A stretch of DNA of 64,000 nucleotides from assembly GCA_963720375.1 (NCBI GenBank), contig CAVRFM010000002.1, positions 66,008 to 130,007 of the forward strand, written 5' to 3'. Source of the stretch: an uncultured Chloroflexia bacterium (lineage in GTDB: Bacteria; Chloroflexota; Dehalococcoidia; UBA2247; RBG-13-53-26). Positions 18,057 to 27,350 of this stretch are shown in pieces (the stretch's first letter is position 1; every line of letters begins with the position of its first letter). A program made the translations under genes and the position numbers. The notes below the pieces were generated by a model, which made no database searches, was not told where the DNA came from, and saw only the letters and a program-made list of their open reading frames with translations.

Positions 18057-21000
18057 ATGGACGAGCAAACCAGAAGAACAGGCCTTGATATCATCGGCGA
18101 CGTCCCCTGGGGCACCCACTTCTGCCACTTCTACCGGACAAAACGTGAGTTGATCGACGTCTTAGTCCCCTATTTCAAAGCCGGACTCGAAAGCAACGAA
18201 TTCTGCCTGTGGGTTACCTCAGAGCCTCTGGTTGAACAGGACGCCCACAAAGCAATGTCAGAGGCCATACCTGACTTTGACCGGTACCTGAAGACAGGCC
18301 AGATCGAAATCATGCCGCATGACCAGTGGTATCTCAAGGATGGCGTTTTCGATTCGGAGCGTGTGCTCCGTGGGTGGGTTGACAAGCTGGATAGCGCCCT
18401 GTCCAGGGGCTACTCCGGCCTGAGGTTAACGGGTAATGCTGCCTGGCTGGAGAAAAGGGATTGGGCGAGCTTTGCCGATTATGAGGCTGCCGTCACCAGT
18501 GTTATTGGCAAGCACAAGATGGTGGCTTTGTGTTCCTATTGGCTGGAGAAATGCAGCGCTGCCGAAGTGATTGAAGCGGCCCGCAGTCATGCATTTGCCA
18601 TTGTCAGCCATAACGGAAATCCGGAGCTTGTTGAAGGTGCTCTCTACAGACAGACCAGGGAGGCCCTGGCACAATTGCGAGCCTCGGAAGAGAGAAACCG
18701 TCTGCTGGTAGAGAATGCCACTGAAGGCATTGTGGTGATTCAGGATGGCGAGATTGTTTTTGCCAACTCCCAGGTCACGGAGGTCATCGGCGATTCAGAG
18801 CCAGGGCAGCCCTCCAGACCCATTACAGAGCTGATTCATCCTGATGATCGGCAGATGGTCATGGAACGCCTTCTTGGCGTGCTGGGGAGTCAAGACAGGC
18901 CTGGCATTTTCTCCTTCAGGATCATTAATCAAGAGGGCAATATAAGGTGGATTGAAGCCAGTATGACGCCGGTCACCTGGAACGGAAGACCGGCGGTTCT
19001 ATCTTATGTATCTGACATCACCGACCGCAAGCTGACAGAGATAGATCTGAAGATCAAAGATAGCGCCATGGCCACGTCCATTAATGGCATTGTCATCCTC
19101 GACCTTGAGGGCAAGGTGACTTATGTCAACCCTTCTTTCCTTAGAATATGGGGCTTTGATAGTGAAAAAGAAGTCCTCGGGAAGTCCCTTCTGGAGATTA
19201 CCGATGCGTCAGAGAAGGCTGAAGCTGCTGCGCTAATGCGGGAATCACGCCAGAAAGGGATGTGGCAGGGTGTACTGGAGGGAATGAGGTTCAAAGACGG
19301 GGCCGGATACGCCGTCCTTCTGTCGGCAAATACTGTTACAAACGAGGCTGGCGAACCGACCCACAGCATGGCTTCGTTTGTAGACATCGTCGATCTTAAG
19401 CGCACGGAGGAGGCGTTGCGGGCTTCTGAAGAGAGAAACCGCCTGCTCATAGACAATGCCGCTGAAGGTATTCTGGTGCTTCAGGATGAGAAGGTGGTCT
19501 TTCGCAATGCCAAATATGTCGAGATCACCGGCCTTCCCGAGGAAGAGCTGATGTCGATGCACTTCACGGAGCTTGTTCATCCTGACGATCGCCAGATAGT
19601 GACGGAACGCTACCTCAAGAGGCTGAAGGGTGAGGAAATCTCCCCCACCTATGCCGTCAGCGGCATTGATAAAGCGGGCAATGTGAAATGGTTAGAGGCC
19701 AGTGCGGCCTTGTTTACCTGGAACGGAAGGCCGGCTATCCTGGGTCTGGTAACCAACATCACCGAGCGCAAGCGGGCAGAAGAGGCGCTGCGGGAGAGTG
19801 AGAAGCGGTATCGCCTGTTGTTTGACGTGACACCTATCGTGATCTCCATTACGACCCCGGAAGGCAGGGCAGTTGCAGTCAACAATGCCATCCGAGAGAT
19901 GTCTGGCTATACGCCGGAAGAGTTTATGACATTGAATATGAACGATATATACGTTGATCCCGGTGAGCGGAGGCGCATGCGCGCTCTACTGCAAAGAGAG
20001 GGCAGGGTTCGCGATTTTGAGACGGGGTTCAGGCGAAAAGATGGCCTCATTTCTATTGTGCTTCTCAATGCAGATACGATCGAATTAGATAATCAAAGAC
20101 TGATCTTGGCTACCGTCCGTGATATCACCGAGCGCAAGCAGGCGGAGGAGGAAATCCAGGGGTTGTTGGACTCAGTTGCGCAGGAGCGAGACGGACTCTC
20201 GTCTTTGGTGAACAGCATTACGGATGAGGTCTGGTTTGCTGACACAGAGAAGAATTTCACACTAATGAATCCGGCTGCTTTGAGGGAATTCGGGTATAGC
20301 TCTGCCAATCCGATAAATGTGGAAGAAATGGCCAGGAGTCTGGAGGTGTATCGCCCTGATGGCAGTCTGCGGCCTGTAGAGGAAGCTCCGCCATTGCGCG
20401 CCTTGAGGGGAGAAAGCGTGCAGAATGTGGAGGAGATTATCCGCACTCCGCTGAGGGGGGAACTGCGGTACCGCCAGGTAAGTGCCGCGCCGGTAAGAGA
20501 TGCCAGTGGCAATATCACCGGGTCGGTGTCAGTAGTGCGTGATATCACCGATCTCAAGAAGGCAGAGGAGAAACTGCAACTTCAGCAGAAGCACTTCAGG
20601 GCGCTCATAGAGAACGCTTCAGACGCTATAACAATCGCAGGTGCTGATGGAACAATCAGCTACGAGAGCCCATCATGCGAGCGTATGTCGGGATTCAAGC
20701 CGGAGGAACGCATCGGTGCCAACATGATCGAACGCGTTCATCCGGATGATATCAAGCTTCTATCTGATACCTTCTCCCGGTTGATACAGCATCCGGGTAG
20801 CACCATGTGGGATGAGATACGGCTCCGGCACAAAGACGGCAAATGGCTCACAGCTGAGGCTACGGTCACCAATCTTCTTCATGATCCCGCTGTCAATGGC
20901 ATTGTGGTCAATCTCCGCAACATCACCGCGCGCAAGAGGGCTGAGGAGGCGCTGAGAGAGAGCGAGGCACGCTACCGCCTGCTGGCCGAGAACCTCTCAG

Positions 21001-21563
21001 ACGTTATCTGGACTATGGGCACCGACCTGAAGTACACCTATGTCAGTCCGTCCGTGACGCTTCTGCGGGGCTACACCGTTGAGGAAGCCATGGCCCAGCC
21101 TCTGGCAGAGAACCTCACCCCGGAGTCTCTGGAGATTGCCATGAAGCTCATGGTCGAAGAGGAGGCTAAGGAACGCACGGGGCAATACGACCCTAACCGG
21201 TCCGTCACCATGGAGGTGGAGGTAAGCTGTAAGAACGCCTCCACCATATGGTTGGAGAACAGGGTGACCTACCTGCGCGATTCAAACGGCCAGATAGCCG
21301 CTTACCTGGGGATTAGCCGGGACATCACCAAGCGCAAGAAGGCGGAGGAGGCGTTGAAGGCAAGCGAAGATAAGTTCAGGGGGCTCTTTGAACATATGAC
21401 CAGCGGCGGTGCAGTTTACGAAGCAATAGACAATGGAGAGGATTTTGTATTCAAGGATTTCAACCCCACAGCAGAAAAGATAGAGCAAGGTAAGCAAAGA
21501 AGACGTTCTCGGCAGGCGCGTAACCGAAGCATTTCCAGGAGTCAAGGAATTCGGGCTTTTTGA
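18057..21563 (+). CDS. sensor histidine kinase, N-terminal part: MEDS domain + ~8 PAS domains (interrupted by frameshifts at ~21497 and ~21570)
   Basis: The N-terminal WGTHFCHFYRTKRELIDVLVPYFKAGLESNEFCLWV region matches the MEDS domain. It is followed by repeated PAS units with DITERKRAEEALRESE-type linkers. No TM segment is present. Confidence 0.8.
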   Translation: MDEQTRRTGLDIIGDVPWGTHFCHFYRTKRELIDVLVPYFKAGLESNEFCLWVTSEPLVEQDAHKAMSEAIPDFDRYLKTGQIEIMPHDQWYLKDGVFDSERVLRGWVDKLDSALSRGYSGLRLTGNAAWLEKRDWASFADYEAAVTSVIGKHKMVALCSYWLEKCSAAEVIEAARSHAFAIVSHNGNPELVEGALYRQTREALAQLRASEERNRLLVENATEGIVVIQDGEIVFANSQVTEVIGDSEPGQPSRPITELIHPDDRQMVMERLLGVLGSQDRPGIFSFRIINQEGNIRWIEASMTPVTWNGRPAVLSYVSDITDRKLTEIDLKIKDSAMATSINGIVILDLEGKVTYVNPSFLRIWGFDSEKEVLGKSLLEITDASEKAEAAALMRESRQKGMWQGVLEGMRFKDGAGYAVLLSANTVTNEAGEPTHSMASFVDIVDLKRTEEALRASEERNRLLIDNAAEGILVLQDEKVVFRNAKYVEITGLPEEELMSMHFTELVHPDDRQIVTERYLKRLKGEEISPTYAVSGIDKAGNVKWLEASAALFTWNGRPAILGLVTNITERKRAEEALRESEKRYRLLFDVTPIVISITTPEGRAVAVNNAIREMSGYTPEEFMTLNMNDIYVDPGERRRMRALLQREGRVRDFETGFRRKDGLISIVLLNADTIELDNQRLILATVRDITERKQAEEEIQGLLDSVAQERDGLSSLVNSITDEVWFADTEKNFTLMNPAALREFGYSSANPINVEEMARSLEVYRPDGSLRPVEEAPPLRALRGESVQNVEEIIRTPLRGELRYRQVSAAPVRDASGNITGSVSVVRDITDLKKAEEKLQLQQKHFRALIENASDAITIAGADGTISYESPSCERMSGFKPEERIGANMIERVHPDDIKLLSDTFSRLIQHPGSTMWDEIRLRHKDGKWLTAEATVTNLLHDPAVNGIVVNLRNITARKRAEEALRESEARYRLLAENLSDVIWTMGTDLKYTYVSPSVTLLRGYTVEEAMAQPLAENLTPESLEIAMKLMVEEEAKERTGQYDPNRSVTMEVEVSCKNASTIWLENRVTYLRDSNGQIAAYLGISRDITKRKKAEEALKASEDKFRGLFEHMTSGGAVYEAIDNGEDFVFKDFNPTAEKIEQGKQRRRSRQARNRSISRSQGIRAF

Positions 21564-22804
21564 CGATATTTCAGAGGGTGTGGAGAACGGGAAAACCGGA
21601 GTATTTCCCTAGGGCCATCTACAGAGATGAGCGCAACCCTGGTGGTTGGAGAGAGAACTGGGTATACAAGTTGCCCAGCGGTGAGATAGTTGCCGTCTAC
21701 AACGATATCACTGAGCGCAAGCGGGCAGAGGAGGAACTGCAGGAATCAGAGCAAAAATTCAGAGCTATTTTTGACAACGCAAATGATGGATTCATCAGCG
21801 TGGACCCCGAAAGCGGGAGGTTACTTAACGCAAATAAAAGAATGATTCAGATGCTGGGATATGAATCTGAAGAAGAAATGAAGGATCTGATAATCTCGGA
21901 TATACATCCCAGGGAAAGTCTACCATACATTCTGCGGGAGTCTGAAAAGCACGTGAAGAGACAGATTTCGCGATCCGAAGATTTGCCGGTGAAAAGAAAG
22001 GATGGGAGCGTTTTCTTTGCTTCTGTCAGTTCATCTCCGCTAATAATAGCCAACAAGACCTATTTATCGTGCATTTACAGAGACGTCACTGAGCACAAAC
22101 AGGCAGAAGCAACACGGGAAGCCTTTTACCGCCGGCTTGTCGACGTGCAGGAAAAGGAACGCCAGACCATCGCCCGGGAACTGCATGATGAGATCGGTCA
22201 ACCGCTGACTATCCTCAAACTCTACCTGGACAGGAATAAGCCCCAGACAGCCGCAGACGTTGATCCGCAACTGGAAGAAGCACGAAAGGTATTGCTGGGA
22301 TTGATACACCAGGTGCGTAATATGTCGGTCAACCTGCGGCCTACAATGCTGGATGAGCTGGGCTTGCTGCCGACTCTGCTTTGGCATTTTGAACGCTATA
22401 CCAGGCAGACCAAAATCAGCGTCAATTTCAGGCATACAGGACTGAAACAACCGTTACCTCCGGAGGTTGCCAACACCGCCTATCGCCTTATACAGGAAGG
22501 GCTGACAAATGTCGCCCGCCATGCCCAAGTGAGTGAGGTAATGGTCCACATCCGGGCACGGAGGAACTCGCTTGTTATAGAGGTGCAAGACCACGGCATC
22601 GGCTTTGATCTTTCCAAAGTGGCTGGAAAGGGCATTGGCCTCACTGGAATGTGCGAACGCGCACTGGCGTTGAATGGCACTCTGACGATAGAGTCCACTC
22701 CGGGGACCGGCACCTATCTGCTGGCCGAACTGCCTCTCTCCAAGGGGTCAGAAAAGGAAATCAAAACAAAAAAAGGGAGTGGTAAGAATAGCGTTAAGGG
22801 ATGA
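21560..22804 (+). CDS. sensor histidine kinase, C-terminal part: PAS + HisKA_3 + HATPase_c (same gene as 18057..21563)
   Basis: IFQRVWRTGKPEYFP completes the interrupted PAS domain. ARELHDEIGQPLTIL is a HisKA_3 H-box. The GIGLTGMCERALALNGTLTIESTPGTGT motif is the G-box/ATP lid. Confidence 0.8.
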   Translation: MTIFQRVWRTGKPEYFPRAIYRDERNPGGWRENWVYKLPSGEIVAVYNDITERKRAEEELQESEQKFRAIFDNANDGFISVDPESGRLLNANKRMIQMLGYESEEEMKDLIISDIHPRESLPYILRESEKHVKRQISRSEDLPVKRKDGSVFFASVSSSPLIIANKTYLSCIYRDVTEHKQAEATREAFYRRLVDVQEKERQTIARELHDEIGQPLTILKLYLDRNKPQTAADVDPQLEEARKVLLGLIHQVRNMSVNLRPTMLDELGLLPTLLWHFERYTRQTKISVNFRHTGLKQPLPPEVANTAYRLIQEGLTNVARHAQVSEVMVHIRARRNSLVIEVQDHGIGFDLSKVAGKGIGLTGMCERALALNGTLTIESTPGTGTYLLAELPLSKGSEKEIKTKKGSGKNSVKG

Positions 22805-23205
22805 TCACTCTGCGAACAGGCGGAACCAACAATTCTGCTATCCTTCCCCCGGCACATACATTTCAAGGAATAAAGCCAGCATGATGCCGCTAACCACAAG
22901 GTTAGCGGCACCCGCAGGCATGGACTCCACCCTTGTCAGGGAAATCCTCCCCCCTGTACCCTCTCTGGTTGGAAATAGTGCCTATTTTGTGTGGGTTCAA
23001 GTTTGGTTTTCCCGGAATAATTGCGCACAATTTCTTGGAAGATGGTTGAAATATCGCAAATGGTTCTACTGGCACCAAGTTGCTTCTTGACTAATCCAAT
23101 CTCGCATGAGTATAATCGCATGCAGACTTCGAGATGGAGCAAATTGCCTATCAAAGATGAAGCGCTGGGGCTTTCAATACCACAGTGTCTTAGGGAGGCG
23201 GAAGC

Positions 23206-23904
23206 ATGGTACAGGAAAAGAAGACTAGTTATCCCCTACTTGCGGCAAAGTCTTGGTGGACTCTAAGACGGAAATTCCACGATACGGTTCCAGGTACTGT
23301 TAGCGCATCGTACTTGTCCAGTGCTCTCAATATGAATGAGGATTCCGCGAAAACGAACGTTTTGGTGTATTTGAAATCCATCGGTCTTGTGGGGCAGGAT
23401 GGAAAGCCAACCGACCTTGCTAACAAATGGAGACTCGATGACTCGTACGCGAAGGTGTGTGAAGAGATTAGACAGAACACATATCCTCAGGAAATACTGG
23501 ATCTTTTTCCTAAGCCCGTCGCCGAAGACAGAGAGAACATAGCGCGGTGGTTCATGGCAAAGACGAAAGCTGGCGACACAACAGCCAAAATGATGACCGC
23601 CTTCTATATGCTCCTGTCTGAAGCTGACCCTACAAAGGGCGAAGTGACGGCCAAAGCATCAAGCAAGCCGCCCATTGTGCCCAAAGAAAGGCCGGCCTCG
23701 TCAAAGACCGTTGTCATAGCTAAGCCTGCCGACAAGGCAGTTCAAGGGAAAAGAGATTATCCAATTGCAGATGTGCCATCGGTACACATAGATATTCAGA
23801 TTCACCTTTCTCCCGATACAACGGCTGAGCAAATTGACCAGATATTTGCCAGTATGGCTAAACACCTTAGAAACCCAAATCCAGCTGTGAAGCAAGATGG
23901 CTGA
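23206..23904 (+). CDS. hypothetical protein, first gene of a two-gene cassette
   Basis: 232 aa with a GGAGG RBS. No recognised catalytic motif. The C-terminal third is low-complexity and K/P/A-rich. It lies in an AT-rich islet. Confidence 0.5.
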   Translation: MVQEKKTSYPLLAAKSWWTLRRKFHDTVPGTVSASYLSSALNMNEDSAKTNVLVYLKSIGLVGQDGKPTDLANKWRLDDSYAKVCEEIRQNTYPQEILDLFPKPVAEDRENIARWFMAKTKAGDTTAKMMTAFYMLLSEADPTKGEVTAKASSKPPIVPKERPASSKTVVIAKPADKAVQGKRDYPIADVPSVHIDIQIHLSPDTTAEQIDQIFASMAKHLRNPNPAVKQDG

Positions 23905-24424
23905 TGGGGCGGACTCCTACAAAGCGTTCCTCGAAGCAGCAAGATCTATCCAGCAAATAGCAGATGGATTGTGCTTGCCTCACCCTGAGACTTTGCCGAC
24001 TGCAAGGGATAGCGTACTGGCGAAACGCCTCTTCCACAATACGAGGGGTTACCTAGAGAAGGTAGTCTTCCAAATCAATACCACCTATGACAACACCTGC
24101 TATGACGCCTGTGCTGTGATGATAAGGAGACTGGTCGAGACGTTGATAATCGACGCATTCGAATATCGCGGTATCGCAGATAGCATAAAGAGCGCTAATG
24201 GTGAATTCCTGCCGCTGGACGAACTAGTCGACAAGACTGTCTCTGAAAGGGGATGGAATCTGCGACGAGACACAAAACAAGAGCTGAAGAAGCTGAAACA
24301 TATTGGAGACCTTTCTGCACATGGCCGCCGTTACAACGCCCAGAGACATGACATTGATGGTCACATTGCAGGGCTACGTGTTGTGGCCGAAGAACTCTTG
24401 TATCTCTCTGGTTTTAAGCAATGA
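23897..24424 (+). CDS. hypothetical protein, HEPN-like (DUF4145-like) candidate
   Basis: 175 aa. It overlaps the upstream gene by 8 nt (ATGGCTGA). LKKLKHIGDLSAHGRRYNAQRHDIDGH contains Rx4-6H-like motifs with the aHG signature of HEPN/Abi-like domains. Confidence 0.45.
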   Translation: MADGADSYKAFLEAARSIQQIADGLCLPHPETLPTARDSVLAKRLFHNTRGYLEKVVFQINTTYDNTCYDACAVMIRRLVETLIIDAFEYRGIADSIKSANGEFLPLDELVDKTVSERGWNLRRDTKQELKKLKHIGDLSAHGRRYNAQRHDIDGHIAGLRVVAEELLYLSGFKQ

Positions 24425-24708
24425 CATTTATGCAGTTTGTCACTCTGAGCAAAGGCGCAGGTTCTCTCTCCACAAAACAAATAACGCCTATTTCTGCAAC
24501 CAAGCGCTAGGCTGGCGATTCAAGGCCTTGTGCAGCTAACCTTCCCAGAGCCTTACGCCTGCGATACACCTAGGTGCAAGCAGGTGCAAGCAAGGCTAGA
24601 TTTGACAAAAGTCACCCTCACGGAGTAGTGATTAAAGGCAGTTGTCTACCGGATGGTGACGTCAACAGAATAAGAGCAACGCAGCACGGTTGTTGAAAGG
24701 AGACTGAT

Positions 24709-25254
24709 ATGAAGGAGGCTGCAACTCCGCAGCAAAAGGCCATTGTGGTCGTAGATCTGCAAAAAGATAATGTCGGCGGGTATTGCCGGGCGATTATCCC
24801 CAACGTCAAGCTTCTCCTGCAAGAGGCCAGGGGCAAAGGAATCCCCATAATCTTCGCCTGTGACAGCAGATACCCGGACGATTTCATTTTCACCAAGGGC
24901 GGGCATCCGGTGCGCACCATCCGGGGGACTGCCGGAGCGGCAGTCATCGATGATCTGGAGCCGAGAGCCACTGACATCATCGTCGAAAAGAGGATGCTCA
25001 GCGCCTTCTTTGGCACCGACCTCGATTTCACGCTGCGGCAAAAGGGGATCAAGACGCTCATTGTGACCGGCGTGGCCACCTGGGCCTGCGTTTTGAAGAC
25101 GGTCTTTGACGCCGCCGAGCTGGGGTACGAAGTCATCGTCCCGGCAGATTGCTGCGCCTCGCCATCTCCGGAAGGCCACGAGCCTGCATTGAAGGTGATG
25201 GGACTGCTGCGCGTGGTGAAGCCATCCGTCAGAGAAGTACTGGAAACTCTCTGA
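24709..25254 (+). CDS. isochorismatase-family cysteine hydrolase
   Basis: 181 aa with AIVVVDLQKD, the catalytic-Cys region LIVTGVATWACV and a conserved K. Confidence 0.85.
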   Translation: MKEAATPQQKAIVVVDLQKDNVGGYCRAIIPNVKLLLQEARGKGIPIIFACDSRYPDDFIFTKGGHPVRTIRGTAGAAVIDDLEPRATDIIVEKRMLSAFFGTDLDFTLRQKGIKTLIVTGVATWACVLKTVFDAAELGYEVIVPADCCASPSPEGHEPALKVMGLLRVVKPSVREVLETL

Positions 25255-25566
25255 CAAGGCTCCCGGATTGGGGGCTTGTCTGCGCTCCGCCTATTTACAG
25301 GGAGGCTCTTTTTAATGTATACTCTATAAGATAGAGTTACAGTTTAGGTTATTACAAGCTTCTTAGAATCCGCTCGCATTTCTCTCAAGTATTGGATGAC
25401 CGGGACTCTAACCAGGATTTCATAAACAGGAGGTCATCCAATAAGCTATCAGACTAAATCGATCCACAGTCCTGCTTGCGAAAAACCCTTTGCCTTCGGC
25501 ACTGAAGACCAGGGGTTTTCCCATTTTTCAGACAAGAGAGGTGCAGAGCCTTTCCAAGGAGTTACC

Positions 25567-26772
25567 ATGAGTTTCGAGACCTTTGGTCTTCATCCGAGCA
25601 TCATGGCCGGTGTACAGGCGGCCGGTTATGTTACACCCACACCAATCCAGCTTAAGTCCATCCCGCCAATCATGCAGGGCCGCGACCTGATCGGTCTGGC
25701 ACAGACCGGAACCGGCAAGACTGCGGCTTTCGTGCTGCCAATTCTGCAGCGCCTGCTGCAACGCCCGAGGGGTCGCATTGGTGCTCTCATAATCTCGCCC
25801 ACGCGTGAGCTGGCCGAGCAAACATATGAGGCTGTAACCGAACTGGGACAGCAAACGGGGCTGCGGAGTCTTACCATTTACGGCGGGGTGGGTATGCAGC
25901 AACAAAAACAAGGACTGCTTAATGGAGTCGAAATCGCCGTGGCCTGTCCCGGCCGATTGCTCGATCACCTGTGGCAGGGCACATTCGATCCATCATATAT
26001 GGAAGTCCTTGTAATCGACGAGGCAGACCGGCTGTTTGACATGGGCTTTCTACCCGATATCCGGAACATCTTGAAATGCCTGCCACAGGAGCGGCAGACC
26101 CTGCTTTTCTCGGCCACCATGCCCCGTGATGTCCGGCGTCTGGTGCAGGAAGTCCTGCATGACCCGGTCACCGTGCAAATCGGCCGTATGCTGCCGGCAA
26201 CAACGGTGTCTCATACTCTCTATCCGGTGGGGCAGCACCTGAAGACTGCGCTCCTGAAGGGACTCTTGCGCAAGACCAGTACGGAATCGGTGCTTGTATT
26301 TACACGTACCAAGCATCGTGCCGAGCGTGTCGCGCAGCAACTGATAAGTGCGGGCTTCCGGGCAGCCTCACTGCAAGGTGACCTGTCCCAGTACCAGCGT
26401 CAGGCCGCTCTCGATGGCTTCCGTGCCGGCTCAGTTAAGATACTGGTGGCGACTGACGTTGCCGCCCGCGGCATCGATGTTTTGAGTATTTCACACGTCA
26501 TTAACTACGACATGCCGGACACTACAGACGCCTACACCCATCGTATTGGCCGCACGGGACGAATTGGCGCAACCGGTGATGCCTTCACATTCGTCACAAG
26601 TGAAGACGTGGCCATGGTACGCGCTCTTGAGCACCTGCTGAACGCGCCGCTGGAGCGCCGCACACTGCAGGACTTTGACTATAGAGCATGTGCATCAGAC
26701 AGCGAAGTCATCCGCTCTCCGCACCGGTTCGGACGGCGCACAGTACGGAATGAGCGGATCGGCATCAAATAG
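25567..26772 (+). CDS. DEAD-box ATP-dependent RNA helicase (RhlE/CsdA-like)
   Basis: Q-motif, AQTGTGKT, PTRELA, DEAD (VIDEADRLFDMGF), SAT, ARGID and HRIGRTGR. Confidence 0.9.
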   Translation: MSFETFGLHPSIMAGVQAAGYVTPTPIQLKSIPPIMQGRDLIGLAQTGTGKTAAFVLPILQRLLQRPRGRIGALIISPTRELAEQTYEAVTELGQQTGLRSLTIYGGVGMQQQKQGLLNGVEIAVACPGRLLDHLWQGTFDPSYMEVLVIDEADRLFDMGFLPDIRNILKCLPQERQTLLFSATMPRDVRRLVQEVLHDPVTVQIGRMLPATTVSHTLYPVGQHLKTALLKGLLRKTSTESVLVFTRTKHRAERVAQQLISAGFRAASLQGDLSQYQRQAALDGFRAGSVKILVATDVAARGIDVLSISHVINYDMPDTTDAYTHRIGRTGRIGATGDAFTFVTSEDVAMVRALEHLLNAPLERRTLQDFDYRACASDSEVIRSPHRFGRRTVRNERIGIK

Positions 26773-27350
26773 CCATTTCTGCTCAGAGAGGCCGTCCGGA
26801 AGGAACGCCCAACCCGATTTGACGGTCTGGAGTCAGCTCAACCCGCCTGCTTCCCCGCATTGCCAATAGTCTGTCCCGGACTATTTCCGGCATATTGTAA
26901 GCTCTGTAACCTATTCTCCTCTGTGCAGAATAATCATGTTCCAATCTCCTTCCCGAGATTACGTTCTTTCTCACCTCCCGTCTTCTATCCGAAATACGGA
27001 TGCGCATTGAGAGAACGATGTATGATATCTGCTGCCCAATAAGACATTCTTGTGACCTAGATCGGATATGATCTCAATTTGTGTGCATTTATACATAAAA
27101 GGAGGAACCGCGTGACGTATTCGGAGCCGATTGGCAAACGCGCTCTTAGTTCTTTTATTCGTACTGACGCCGCTTTTCCATCTTGCTACTCAAAGACTGA
27201 AGAGCAAATCAATCACCTAACAACCTGCTCACGCTTGTACACCTGTGTGATGGTATTCATTACCCTAAATTACGAGTCCCAAAACAGGTTCCAGACGGTG
27301 GTCGAGTCGAATGGAATTCCGTCGGCAGGACAATCTAGAGGTGGAACAAG

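Noticed and set aside
24500-24600. Short tandem AGGTGCAAGC x2 in the intergenic region before the isochorismatase gene
   Set aside because: Only two copies with no flanking structure. Likely chance or a trivial duplication.
24646-25257. 203-aa minus-strand ORF
   Set aside because: Antisense to the isochorismatase-family gene.
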